Assembly (NCBI GenBank): GCA_963785235.1
Contig: CAWAUM010000012.1
Coordinates: 96,001 to 160,000 of the forward strand
Direction of reading: 5' to 3'
DNA: 64,000 bases
From: an uncultured delta proteobacterium
GTDB lineage: Bacteria; Desulfobacterota; Desulfomonilia; UBA1062
The translations under genes were made by a program, and so were the position numbers. Shown piece after piece: positions 31,022 to 41,025 of the stretch (the first letter of the stretch is position 1; each line of letters starts with the position of its first letter). The notes under the pieces are model-generated. The model saw only the letters and a program-made list of their open reading frames with translations, was not told the origin of the DNA and searched no databases.

Positions 31022-31642
31022 ATGCGCCAGATATGCGTTGCGACCTGCCTTGCTACAATCCTTCTCGTGGGACAGGCGACCGCGGCTGACCAGGAACAGA
31101 AGGCACAATCAGCGCAGAGCAAGGCGGGGGTATTGGAGCAGAACTCCGCAGCCAAGGGCAGCAAGGAGACCCCTACTCGATCCGAGATCATCACGAAGAC
31201 TGAAGCGCAGGCGGTCGATCCGGTCGGAGAAGAGCCCTTGGAACATGCGATCACCTGTCTTTCACGAACCATCTACTGGGAGGCCAAGGGAGAGGGGGCT
31301 GCTGGCATGGAAGCAATCGCCAATGTTGTCATGAACCGGCTAGGCCATAAGGGCTTTCCCAACACGATCTGTGAAGTTGTCAGGCAAGGCCACGAAAAGG
31401 GTGCCTGCCAGTTCTCGTGGTGGTGCGATGGCCGTTCGGATGACGCACAGGAGGAAAAATCCTACGCTATCGCCAAGGAAATAGCTCGAAAGGCGCTCAA
31501 CCGGCAATTAACGGACCGTACCGGTGGCGCATTGTATTTTCACCAGCACAAAGTAACCCCCAGTTGGTCCGCGGAATACATCAAGACGGTCGAGATCGGC
31601 GAGCATGTCTTCTACAAGCCTCACGGCGGCACGGCAAAATAG
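31022..31642 (+). CDS. Cassette: cell wall hydrolase (SleB/CwlJ, Hydrolase_2)
   Basis: CL..IYWEAKGE, VVMNR, QFSW, GALYFH, IG.HVFY. Confidence 0.9.
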   Translation: MRQICVATCLATILLVGQATAADQEQKAQSAQSKAGVLEQNSAAKGSKETPTRSEIITKTEAQAVDPVGEEPLEHAITCLSRTIYWEAKGEGAAGMEAIANVVMNRLGHKGFPNTICEVVRQGHEKGACQFSWWCDGRSDDAQEEKSYAIAKEIARKALNRQLTDRTGGALYFHQHKVTPSWSAEYIKTVEIGEHVFYKPHGGTAK

Positions 31643-31652
31643 GCCTCCATGC

Positions 31653-31715
31653 ACCGAAAACCTGCTTGCAGGTCGAAGCGCCCAAGCGGCGCACACCTGA
31701 AGCCTGATGCTGGGC
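31653..31715 (+). repeat. Degenerate attC (both cores mutated)
   Basis: ACCGAAA, CTTGCAGG/CCTGAAG, GCTGGGC. Confidence 0.55.
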
Positions 31716-31758
31716 CTATTGAAATCACCACAAAATTACTCAAACAGGAGAACAACCT

Positions 31759-32520
31759 ATGTCTGACAATCATACGCGTATTGCAATTGTAACCGGCGCC
31801 ACGTCCGGTATCGGTGAAGCCACAGCGAGAAAGTTCGTTGCTGCCGGTTTTGACGTGATCGGTAATGGCCGCAACGCTGCAAAACTGACTGCGCTTGAAA
31901 AGGAACTCGGTTCCGCATTCTTCGGTGTTGCTGGCGACGCTGCGGACAACACTGTTTTGGAGCGGCTCTTTACCTCGGCTATTGAGCGTTATGGCAAATC
32001 GGCGGATATCGTTGTTGCCAATGCAGGAAGAGGTCTGGGCGGATCGGTTAAAGACGCCGATTTGTCGCAATTTGAAAACGTGCTCAGAATCAACGTGACC
32101 GGCACCCTGGCCCTATTGCAGAAAGCCGCTCAAAAAATGCTGGATGGACGACACAACGTTTATCCAAAGTCTGCAGCCGATATTGTCATCGTAGGGTCGG
32201 TGGTAGGACGGCACATATCACCATTCAGCGCGGTATATGGGGCTACGAAATTTGCCGTGCATGCGCTGGCCGAAGGTCTGCGGCGCGAAGTGGGACCGAA
32301 AGGGGTTCGCGTCTCGTTGGTTGAGCCGGGGATCGTGCTCAGCGGGTTTCAGGCAGCAGCAGGTTACAGCGACGAGCTGGTGGATGGTTTTCATGAAAAA
32401 TTCGGTCCATTGTTGACAGGAGGTGACGTGGCAAACGCAATATACTACATTGTCACCCAGCCACCCCATGTACATGTCAGCGACATCATCATTCGTCCCA
32501 CACGCCAGGATTATCCATAA
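31759..32520 (+). CDS. SDR family oxidoreductase (last cassette-like gene)
   Basis: TGATSGIG, NAG, YGATK; ends in an R''-like CCATAAC. Confidence 0.9.
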   Translation: MSDNHTRIAIVTGATSGIGEATARKFVAAGFDVIGNGRNAAKLTALEKELGSAFFGVAGDAADNTVLERLFTSAIERYGKSADIVVANAGRGLGGSVKDADLSQFENVLRINVTGTLALLQKAAQKMLDGRHNVYPKSAADIVIVGSVVGRHISPFSAVYGATKFAVHALAEGLRREVGPKGVRVSLVEPGIVLSGFQAAAGYSDELVDGFHEKFGPLLTGGDVANAIYYIVTQPPHVHVSDIIIRPTRQDYP

Positions 32521-32587
32521 CTTTTTTGCCTTATATCAAGGGGCGATTATAAACGACGTAATACTCCATGCCTTTGATTGGCGCTAT

Positions 32588-33733
32588 TTAAAATAGCCGA
32601 TAACGCACAAAAGATCGCCGGGCTTGGCTATGGCTCAGTGCAGCGAGCCTGTTGAAACGGTGAATGGTGCACAGCGTGTAAAAGTTGCATCCCGTGCAAT
32701 AGGTCTCTGACCTGCCGGTTACCTTTTCATAGTGGTGATGGATGATGCGGGTTTGTGAATCGTAGAGGTCATCGGACAGGATCCACTTCAGGATTGTCCT
32801 GACCTTTTCGAGATAAACTACCTCTCCAGTTGCCTCATAGAGGTCAAGCAATGCCCAGGCAACAGCGCAGTTACCCGATAAGCCCTTTGAAGATAGTGTC
32901 GGGTGGCCGGAAAAGCCGCCTCGATCCTTGTCCCATAGGCGCTCATCCATAGTAGCAATTACTCTCGCAGCTCGATCGATATATTCCTTTGAGCCGGTGG
33001 CGCGGTAGGCTGCCGCACAGGCCATCATCATAGTGGCCTGGGGCCAGTCGGCATAGCGTGAATAGGTATACAGACCCTTTTCTTCATTCCAGCACTCACG
33101 GTTTGCCAGGCTCATAAGGGCAAGCCCTTCCTCCTTGTAGACATCATCCCCCGTGAGTTCATATGCGGTGAAACACATCAGGATGATGGACCCATAGGTG
33201 CTTGCGCGGTCATACATGTAGGGCGTGAAAAAGTCGGGACTGTACGTGGCGAGCATGCTTCCCGCGCTCACCCCGAGGGTGAACATGTGGAGATAAGGCT
33301 TTCTCTTTGTTGCCCGATAGGTCTCTGCCAGGCAAGGAAACCCGATGACCATGTCCATGGTAGGCACGGGAAAGACAACGAACCTATACACCATGGCCAC
33401 TTCATGATCCACGGTCTTGTCGGCCATGGAGCGCAGTGCATACGCACCGGTATCTTTCCACAACGCATAGAGAAGCATGGGCGCAAAATAGGTGGCATCA
33501 CCCTGGATATCCCCCTTCCAGTCGCCACTCTCATCCCATGAGAGCTCCACGAGGTTCTTGAGAATCGAGGAGAATTCGTCCTTGAACTCGGTGAGACCAA
33601 AATCCAGAGAGGCAGCCTGGCTTAGCTCGTCAATAGTCAGGTCCCTGGCCTGGGCCTGAACGCATAAAAAGATTGGGCAAACGAACAGGACTATGGCCAG
33701 GAAAAAAACAATGGTCCATGCCTTGTGCTGCAA
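32588..33733 (-). CDS. Exported (alpha/alpha)6-barrel protein, GH76/AGE-like
   Basis: Signal peptide; repeated LYEATG...YL helical hairpins; WD...GG. Confidence 0.6.
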   Translation of the reverse strand: MQHKAWTIVFFLAIVLFVCPIFLCVQAQARDLTIDELSQAASLDFGLTEFKDEFSSILKNLVELSWDESGDWKGDIQGDATYFAPMLLYALWKDTGAYALRSMADKTVDHEVAMVYRFVVFPVPTMDMVIGFPCLAETYRATKRKPYLHMFTLGVSAGSMLATYSPDFFTPYMYDRASTYGSIILMCFTAYELTGDDVYKEEGLALMSLANRECWNEEKGLYTYSRYADWPQATMMMACAAAYRATGSKEYIDRAARVIATMDERLWDKDRGGFSGHPTLSSKGLSGNCAVAWALLDLYEATGEVVYLEKVRTILKWILSDDLYDSQTRIIHHHYEKVTGRSETYCTGCNFYTLCTIHRFNRLAALSHSQARRSFVRYRLF

Positions 33734-33739
33734 TACCGA

Positions 33740-34474
33740 CTATACCTTCTTCGCCTTGGCGGCCTCGGGGAAGTAATCCTGAAAACACTCGGGGCATAAC
33801 CCGTGGCTGAACACCGCATCCGAGTGTTCCTCCAGGTATTGCTCCAGCTGGTTCCAGTACCCCTTGTCATCCCTGATCTTCTTGCAGGCGGCGCAGATGG
33901 GGATGAGCCCGCTCAGGGTCTTGATCTGGTTCAGCGCCTCTCTCAGTTCGCAGTTGAGGCGCTCTTTTTCCTCTTCCATCTGCTTGAGTATGGTAATATC
34001 CTGTAACGTCTCAACCACGCCCAGGAGGCTTCCATCCTGGCTGAAGATGGGTGATGCATCGAAGATGAGATAGCGTTTCTTGCCGCCCACATTGGCATAC
34101 CAGCCTTCGGCGTGCAGACCATGGGGTATGAGCAATGAAGGGCCATGGACAACATAGAGATCGTCCATCCTCCCAAGGTCGTTATCGAGGATGAGGTCCG
34201 ACAAGGTCGACCTTTGTTTGTCGTAGAAGGCTGTCCAGTGTTTGGAGGTACCGATGACATCAGCAGCCTTAATACCGGTAAGTTCCTCGCAGGCCCTGTT
34301 CCAGTGTATTACCTGGTGATGGGAGTCAATGACAAAGAAACCTACCGCGCAATTCTGCACCATGTTTTCACCGATCTTGATCAATACATCGGCATCAGGC
34401 CGGCAATAGTTGTCTTCACTGTTACCATTCATGGCACAAGGTCGGGTTTTATTTTTTTTCCTGTCGTTTTCCAT
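33740..34474 (-). CDS. PAS-domain protein with Cys/His-rich C-terminal module
   Basis: WNRACEELTG PAS; IPICAACKKIRDDKGYW...SHGLCPEC. Confidence 0.85.
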   Translation of the reverse strand: MENDRKKNKTRPCAMNGNSEDNYCRPDADVLIKIGENMVQNCAVGFFVIDSHHQVIHWNRACEELTGIKAADVIGTSKHWTAFYDKQRSTLSDLILDNDLGRMDDLYVVHGPSLLIPHGLHAEGWYANVGGKKRYLIFDASPIFSQDGSLLGVVETLQDITILKQMEEEKERLNCELREALNQIKTLSGLIPICAACKKIRDDKGYWNQLEQYLEEHSDAVFSHGLCPECFQDYFPEAAKAKKV

Positions 34475-34592
34475 CTTACCACCATAGCACGTAATAATGT
34501 TCAGAACATGGGGTTTCAAGGCTCATTATCGGCATAATCGAAGGCAAAGTACATTAAAGCCGGATTTTGCTTGAGGATGTGTAAAAAACTTG

Positions 34593-34682
34593 GGTCCATT
34601 AAAATCAGTCATCTTGCAGCCTTAGGAGAATGATTATTTCCCGGTCCTTAAAGGCTGCTTTGGTGACTGATTTTAACGGACC
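34593..34682 (+). repeat. About 90-bp hairpin repeat family copy
   Basis: GGTCCATTAAAATCAGTCATCTTGCAGCCTT...AAGGCTGC...GACTGATTTTAACGGACC. Confidence 0.85.
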
Positions 34683-34728
34683 TGTTGAAAACAACTGAGA
34701 TCACGATTGAGTCTTATGCTTAAGCAAC

Positions 34729-35724
34729 TCAAGGGGCCGCCGCAAAGATCTTGCCTGCATATAACTCATACCATGTAGGTTTGAAGACCCCTTCAAGAAA
34801 TCCGTTATGACCGCCGAAGTCGTGCATGAAAAGCCTGGTGGAAGCCCCCAGCAAAAGGCCTGAAAAATCACCCGAAGGGATGGCCGGATCGTCGCGGGAG
34901 GCTATGATGGTGGCAGGTATGCTCAAGGCTTTTATGGATTCACCGGAAAGGGTATACCCCATGAAATATTCCCGTGTATCTTTATAGCTGCTGTATTTTT
35001 TCAAGAGGGCATCTGTTAAGGCTCGCAGCGTTTCCAGTTTCATGATGTCATGAAAATCGTAAAGCTGCGGATAAATCTTCTGTTTGATGGCCAGTGATCT
35101 CCTCCATTTTTTCAGGAAGTACCACCTCAGGAGCCGGCTCTGGTCCAAGGCGTCGGTGGCCCTGCTCGGGTCTATGGCCGGACTGACGGCAACGACGTGG
35201 CAAAGGTTCTCTATAGGCTCATCAGAGCATCTCCGTGCGATCCTCAGCGCAAAGTTGCCGCCAAGGGAGAAGCCCATAAGAAACACCCGTGAAGGGCTCT
35301 TAAGCCCGGATGCGGTTTTTACCGCATTGAAGACCTCGTCCAGCAAGATGGCGTAGAATACCCCCTCATTGAGGTGGTGGGTGTTCCCATGGTCCCGGAA
35401 GTTCAGGCGGAATATATTATAGCCCTGATCATAAAGATACCTGCCCGAATGCAGGATATAGGTGGATTCCGCACTGCCTTCCCAGCCATGGAGCAGGATC
35501 ACCAGGCCAAGGTCCGGCCTTGTGCGCTGGGCCGAGAAGAAACCCTGGAGCCGGATTCCCCCGCCTGCATCGATGATCATTTCGCAAGCAGCCTCCCTCA
35601 TGGGGTTTGGGCCGACTGCGCGTATCCGTGCGGATGCGAGGACGGTCTGCGTGTAGGCCCCCTGCAGAAAGCGCGGGGGGATGAACCTGCTGTCATTCGA
35701 CATGCCTTTGGCCTCCTGAGGCAA
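34729..35724 (-). CDS. YheT-like alpha/beta hydrolase
   Basis: HGWEG, GFSLGGN nucleophile, DDP, GGH. Confidence 0.9.
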   Translation of the reverse strand: MPQEAKGMSNDSRFIPPRFLQGAYTQTVLASARIRAVGPNPMREAACEMIIDAGGGIRLQGFFSAQRTRPDLGLVILLHGWEGSAESTYILHSGRYLYDQGYNIFRLNFRDHGNTHHLNEGVFYAILLDEVFNAVKTASGLKSPSRVFLMGFSLGGNFALRIARRCSDEPIENLCHVVAVSPAIDPSRATDALDQSRLLRWYFLKKWRRSLAIKQKIYPQLYDFHDIMKLETLRALTDALLKKYSSYKDTREYFMGYTLSGESIKALSIPATIIASRDDPAIPSGDFSGLLLGASTRLFMHDFGGHNGFLEGVFKPTWYELYAGKIFAAAP

Positions 35725-35787
35725 GGTTCAAAAGCCTGTATACCGGGACCTCAATCCGCACGGATAAAGGAACTTTGCTGCAAACCC

Positions 35788-36507
35788 TTACGAGACCATC
35801 AGGTTAAGGGGCTCTATATAGGCAGGGTCCTCTTTATCGATGATCTCTACGATGTGCTTGTGAAGGCGCCACTTGTGTTCCTTGAAGATGGTACGGCCCT
35901 TTGTAAAGGTGCGTGCAAAGGCAATAGCCTCCTTCATGAGTTCCTCTTCACCCTCACAGGCCTTGATCACCATGCGGCACTCCTCGAGTTCTTTGCCTGA
36001 CGCCCTCTTCCCCGAGTATACGAGTTCCTCAAGCTTATAATAGGGCATGGCCTTTTTCATCATGGCCAGCATACCCGGCAGGAAGGGGATGTTGATGTCC
36101 ACCTCGGGGAAGCAGAAATACCCGCGGTCACCCCTCATGAACCTGAAGTCGCAGGTGCAGACCAGGATGGCTCCGTCACCGAAGGCATGCCCGTTAATGG
36201 CCGCTATGACCGGCAGGGGAATGGTCAGCATACGCTTGAAGAGCCTGTTGAGCTCATACATGAAGTCTTTGATGGCCTGCGTTTCATTACGTGAAACATT
36301 GCCCATCATCCACTCGAGGTCGATGCCTAAAGACCAGTTCTTCTTGTCCACCGAAGACAGCACGATTGACTTGATCTCCTGGTCGGCCTCGATCTCGTCC
36401 AACGCCTTGAGCATGCCGGCAGCGAATGTGGGGTTGTGCCTGTTTTCTGTGGTGTTCATTGTCAGGATGGCAACAGTCCCATCCTTTTTCCATTCCACAA
36501 CAGCCAT
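35788..36507 (-). CDS. Enoyl-CoA hydratase/isomerase family
   Basis: SLGIDL, AAINGHAFGDG, FPEVDI. Confidence 0.9.
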   Translation of the reverse strand: MAVVEWKKDGTVAILTMNTTENRHNPTFAAGMLKALDEIEADQEIKSIVLSSVDKKNWSLGIDLEWMMGNVSRNETQAIKDFMYELNRLFKRMLTIPLPVIAAINGHAFGDGAILVCTCDFRFMRGDRGYFCFPEVDINIPFLPGMLAMMKKAMPYYKLEELVYSGKRASGKELEECRMVIKACEGEEELMKEAIAFARTFTKGRTIFKEHKWRLHKHIVEIIDKEDPAYIEPLNLMVS

Positions 36508-36573
36508 GTTTGCCTCCTCTGGTAGGTTATCAATTCACCTATTCATACCATGAATTGCCAAGGATGTGAAAAG

Positions 36574-37218
36574 TCAATCTACGAGATATATCTCTATGCG
36601 TTCTTTCCCCTTACCGATATTATTGCGCTTGAGGCTGATCCGCCCAACCTCACCGGTACGCCTGGGATGCGTGCCGCCGCAGGAGACCCGGGCAAATCCT
36701 TCGATCTCCCAGTAGCGCTGCTCTTGTTCACGGTTACTGTATTCGCTCCTTATGGGAAGGTCTGCCTCGATGATCTTTCCGGCACGCTCCATGAGAACCG
36801 GAAAAGTGTCGGAAATCCTGCCCTCCCAGATAAAATCAAGCCTTGCCTTATCCTCGGAGATGTTTGCCCCGATCTTTAAAGGCCTTCCAAAGAGCTGATA
36901 GACCAGTTCGAGCACGATCTCTGCAGCGAAATGGAGCCGCATGAGCCGGTAGCGACGTGCCCAATCGATCTTGATGAATATCTCGCTGCCCGGCTTGAGG
37001 TCATGCGGGCACTCCAGGGTGTAATAGATCTCCATGTCCCTCTTCCGGGCGCAAAGGACCTTCAGGTCGTTCATGGTTCCCGTGTCGGATTCCTGGCCTC
37101 CTGCTGATGCATAAAAGATGGTCTGTTCAAGCGTGATGGTGTCATTGTCCATGCCCGTGATTTTGCTCATCAGCTCGGTTCGGTATGGGTCTTCCCAGAA
37201 GATCTTTTCTGCAGGCAT
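36574..37218 (-). CDS. AlaX-type alanyl-tRNA editing protein
   Basis: TIFY..GGQ.SD.G, RLMRLH, CGGTH. Confidence 0.88.
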   Translation of the reverse strand: MPAEKIFWEDPYRTELMSKITGMDNDTITLEQTIFYASAGGQESDTGTMNDLKVLCARKRDMEIYYTLECPHDLKPGSEIFIKIDWARRYRLMRLHFAAEIVLELVYQLFGRPLKIGANISEDKARLDFIWEGRISDTFPVLMERAGKIIEADLPIRSEYSNREQEQRYWEIEGFARVSCGGTHPRRTGEVGRISLKRNNIGKGKERIEIYLVD

Positions 37219-37325
37219 GGTGAGTTGTATAATGGCAAGTGAGCGCTTGAAATGTCAAGGACTGCCATGGGGCAAAAACTCTAGGTATTTATCACGGATT
37301 TGGCGTTTAAAAGGCGTAAAAACCT

Positions 37326-37415
37326 GATCCGTTCAAATCAGTCATCTTGCAGCCTTTGCGGAATGCTAATTATCTCGGTCCTTTAAGGCTGCAAGATGAC
37401 TGATTTGAACGGACC
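37326..37415 (+). repeat. About 90-bp hairpin repeat family copy
   Basis: TCCGTTCAAATCAGTCATCTTGCAGCCTT / AAGGCTGCAAGATGACTGATTTGAACGGA perfect arms. Confidence 0.88.
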
Positions 37416-37532
37416 TATTTTTAAAAGACAATTCCATGGTCCGTATAAGCTTTATGCTTAAGGCCTCCTGGTGTGCCTTGAATATGTATGGGTACATCCA
37501 AACTCAAAAGCCAGGTTAAACATCTTTACCGA

Positions 37533-40085
37533 TCAACTTCCACCTTGATTATATGCCGGCAGCAATATCGTGAAGATAGCCCCCTTGCCGGGTTCAGTGC
37601 TCAAGCTGATGCTGCCGCCGAACTGTTTCACAATGGTGTATACCGTTGTAAGCCCAAGCCCGCTCCCCTTGCTGTCGGCCTTGGTTGTAAAATAGGGCTC
37701 GAAGACATGGGAGGCTGTATCATCATCCATGCCCGTCCCTGTGTCGTTCATGATCAATTGCACATATTCCCCTGATTTGAGCTCCACATACCTTTGGGTT
37801 GACTGCTCATCAATGTTTACATGTGCCGTTTCAATAGTAAATGTGCCGCCCTTGGGCATGGCGTCCCTTGCATTGAGCGACAGGTTCATAACCACCTGCT
37901 CGAGCTGGCTTCGGTCTCCAAGTACGAGGCATCTCTTCTTGTCGAGCATGAGCTTAAGACTGATCTTGGACCCCATCACCGTTACCAGGAGACCCTGCAT
38001 ACCCTCGATCACCTCATTGATATCTACATCCGTCGGTCTGGTCGGCTGCTTTTTGCTGAAGGAGAGGAGCTGTCTGATGAGTGCCGATGCCGAGTTCTTC
38101 ACATCCCTGATTTTTCCGATATTTTTTGTGACTGCCTCGGCATTGTTGATCTTGATCATCACGAGTTCGGAAAACCCTTCGATGGCTGCCAGATAATTAT
38201 TGAAGTCATGGGCGATACTCCCTGCAAGCCTGCCTACTGCCTCCATCTTCTGAGCACGAAGGAGTTCACTCTCGAGGTACTTGTACTCGGTAATATCACG
38301 GCCCAGCCCCAGGATGCATTCCTGGCCTTCCAGCGTTATTGTTACTGCAGACCACAGCACAGTCCGCAGTTTTCCGGTCTTTGTTCTGAACTTAACCTCC
38401 TCGTTTCTTACCCAGCCATGCTCTTTCAATTTCTGAATAATCCTCACACGGTCTTCGGGTTTCTCCCAGATCCCGATCTCCAATGAAGTGTGATTGACCA
38501 CCTCTTCGTGCTTATAGCCGGACCAATAAAGGTACCCCTCGTTCACATCGAGGTAGGTTCCTTCGTCCATGGTGGTTATGGACACCCAGTCCGGGCTGGC
38601 ATGGAACACCTTGGTGAACTTCTCCTCGCTTACCCTTAGTTCCTCCTGAATCCTTTTATGGATAGAGATATCAGCAACAAAGCCTTCAAGGTAAAGCAGC
38701 TCATCTCCAGGCGAGAACACGCCGATGCCCTGCTCCCACACCCACTTCACCTCATAATTTTCCGTGATGATCCGGTATACGATCTGGAAGTGGCCCCTTT
38801 TTTCCAGGGCCTTCTGGATCTCGGTCCATACCATATCACGGTCTTCGGGGTGGATGATCTGCCCATAAGAAACCCTTTTGTTCCCGATAAGCTCACTCGT
38901 GGTGTAACCCGTCAGCTTAAAGCATCCCTGACTAACGGATTCCATGGTCCAGTCCATATCGTTTTTCGAACGATAGACCATGCCGGGCAGGTTGCTCATA
39001 AGGGTGAAGAGCTCCCTCCTGTGTTCCGACAGTTCTTCTTCTGCCTTAACGCGTGCCGTCTGGTCCGAATAGACCTCTACAAGTTCTCCGGACGGCAGTT
39101 TATAGACGAAACTCTCGCGCCACCCGGATATCCTCTCATCCAGGTAGAAGTAAACCGGCAGATATTCCCCCTCTCCTGTTCTCCAAACCCTCAGCAAAGC
39201 TTCATAGAGCCCTGATGCACTGGAACCGGGGAAGGTCTGAAGCAAGGTTTGGCCGATAATTTCGTCCCTGCTGATACTGTCGATCTGTTCCGCCGCCCTG
39301 TTGAATTCGAGATATTCGAAATCCTTTCCATCTTGGCGCGCCTGGAATATTGCAACCCCGCTCAGCGTATTCTCCACCATGGCACGGTAACGCGACTCAG
39401 CGGCATGAAATGCTTCTTCTTTGTGCTTCCTGTCGGTTATATCGATAACCATGGAAAGAAAATGGGGGGAGCCGCAAAAGTCAATGACCTCAAGAAACAA
39501 GAGGCAATCATGAGCCTGGCCTGATGCATCGAGAAATTGCACCTCAACATCCTTGAGCGATCCCTTCTTCCGGATCTTCCGGAGCATATCGGCCCGCCGG
39601 CCCAGGTCAGGCCAGAGATTGCTCTGTGCAGCAGTCTGGTTGATGATATCTTCCCTGCTGTAACCGCTGAGCTTGAGAAAGGCATTGTTCACATCCACGA
39701 TGATACCGTCTTCGATGGTGGTGATGGTTGCCGGGATAGGGTTCATGGAAAAGCATTGGTAGAAAAGTTCGTCCGGGGGCTTGTGAATGTCCATGCCGCA
39801 CAGCATGAAGATACACAGCGCGGCACCATTGAGAGAAAAACCACAGTGCCCGGTAATGGCATCGCAAAAGCTGCAGGGAAACCATGTTGCCAGGGGCATC
39901 ATCAAGGCAATGAAGGCCATGATCCCGGAGAAAAGGACAATACCCCGGAAAAGATCAACGCCCGGTATATCTTTGGCAGGGTCTCTACGTTGATTGAAAC
40001 CGGCCCGGTCTCTTTTTGTCATCCGCGCATACCAGAAGGCGGCCTTTGCCGGTATTTGTCTTCCAAACCGATGACTTGGATCCAT
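37533..40085 (-). CDS. Multi-PAS sensor histidine kinase (start uncertain)
   Basis: Four PAS domains; IAHDFNN H-box, NARDAM, DTGTGM, GSGLGL. Confidence 0.92.
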   Translation of the reverse strand: MDPSHRFGRQIPAKAAFWYARMTKRDRAGFNQRRDPAKDIPGVDLFRGIVLFSGIMAFIALMMPLATWFPCSFCDAITGHCGFSLNGAALCIFMLCGMDIHKPPDELFYQCFSMNPIPATITTIEDGIIVDVNNAFLKLSGYSREDIINQTAAQSNLWPDLGRRADMLRKIRKKGSLKDVEVQFLDASGQAHDCLLFLEVIDFCGSPHFLSMVIDITDRKHKEEAFHAAESRYRAMVENTLSGVAIFQARQDGKDFEYLEFNRAAEQIDSISRDEIIGQTLLQTFPGSSASGLYEALLRVWRTGEGEYLPVYFYLDERISGWRESFVYKLPSGELVEVYSDQTARVKAEEELSEHRRELFTLMSNLPGMVYRSKNDMDWTMESVSQGCFKLTGYTTSELIGNKRVSYGQIIHPEDRDMVWTEIQKALEKRGHFQIVYRIITENYEVKWVWEQGIGVFSPGDELLYLEGFVADISIHKRIQEELRVSEEKFTKVFHASPDWVSITTMDEGTYLDVNEGYLYWSGYKHEEVVNHTSLEIGIWEKPEDRVRIIQKLKEHGWVRNEEVKFRTKTGKLRTVLWSAVTITLEGQECILGLGRDITEYKYLESELLRAQKMEAVGRLAGSIAHDFNNYLAAIEGFSELVMIKINNAEAVTKNIGKIRDVKNSASALIRQLLSFSKKQPTRPTDVDINEVIEGMQGLLVTVMGSKISLKLMLDKKRCLVLGDRSQLEQVVMNLSLNARDAMPKGGTFTIETAHVNIDEQSTQRYVELKSGEYVQLIMNDTGTGMDDDTASHVFEPYFTTKADSKGSGLGLTTVYTIVKQFGGSISLSTEPGKGAIFTILLPAYNQGGS

Positions 40086-40248
40086 TCTTAATTCATAATC
40101 CGAAACACGGATCAGTCAATAGGAATCGGTTTTCCTGTCTTCGCGGCGATTACAATATTATATATATTTTCTTACCGGCTTAAGGGGTTACCCATATATC
40201 TTGGCCCGGTAATATTCTTATCAACCTGGTACCAGGTAAAAAATTTGG

Positions 40249-40383
40249 TTATGCCGAGTGATTCTTCATCTTGTTCCGCTCAGCTGCTTCTTTAATGCTC
40301 TGAAGCCGCTTGGGCCGGTCCTGCAAACTGCTTACTTTCTTCTCTGTTAATTCCGTCTTTATAGGTATAGTTTTTTCTCTCAT
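40249..40383 (-). CDS. 44-aa basic small protein
   Basis: AGGAG RBS; ORF MREKTIPIK...KNHSA. Confidence 0.45.
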   Translation of the reverse strand: MREKTIPIKTELTEKKVSSLQDRPKRLQSIKEAAERNKMKNHSA

Positions 40384-40500
40384 GAGTAATTTACTCCTAT
40401 CGATCTGAGCAGTACGTCTGCTCGATTTAGCGCCGCTTCATTGAGAAACGCTTGTCTGATTAGATCTCCAAAAAACATGTTAGATTTGCTGGAGTGCGGA

Positions 40501-40532
40501 TAAAGAAAAGGGGCAGGGTTGCCTGCCCCTTT
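40501..40532 (-). terminator. Intrinsic terminator after cspA
   Basis: AAAGGGGCAGG/CCTGCCCCTTT stem with a T-rich tail on the minus strand. Confidence 0.85.
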
Positions 40533-40539
40533 GAGTTGT

Positions 40540-40740
40540 TTAGGCTTTGTAAAGATTGGAAGCCTGGGGCCCCTTCGGACCTGCAACTATGTCGAAGGTT
40601 ACACGCTGACCCTCTTCGAGTGACCTGAAGCCTTCCTGCTTGATCGCTGTGTGGTGCACGAATACATCCTCACCACTGTCTGCTGTGACAAAACCGAAAC
40701 CTTTTGCATCGTTAAACCACTTTACTGATCCTTGTGCCAT
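40540..40740 (-). CDS. cspA: Cold-shock protein
   Basis: [22 protein letters not shown]. Confidence 0.96.
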   Translation of the reverse strand: MAQGSVKWFNDAKGFGFVTADSGEDVFVHHTAIKQEGFRSLEEGQRVTFDIVAGPKGPQASNLYKA

Positions 40741-41025
40741 GAAATACCTCTTTTTTTCAGATCCCATTTTAGGGCTCTGTTTGTGAATTTCTGAAAAGTG
40801 AATGTATTTAAAGTGGAATGTTGTCTTATTGAGGTGTATTTGCAGGTACCGTTCGTAAGGCAAGATTCAATCTAATATATTCTTTTTCCAGATATGTATG
40901 CACACTAGGCCTGCTGAGGTGACCGTGTCAAGCACAATATAATTAATTTACCTAATTCCTTTTCAATTGATTATTATCATATCTCATTTTCTCTCGCATC
41001 ACATTTCTCACCCACCTTCCACCTC

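Noticed and set aside
40741-40863. N-terminal extension of CspA in the ORF track
   Set aside because: Canonical start is ATG 40740 with a GAGG RBS; upstream is likely 5' UTR
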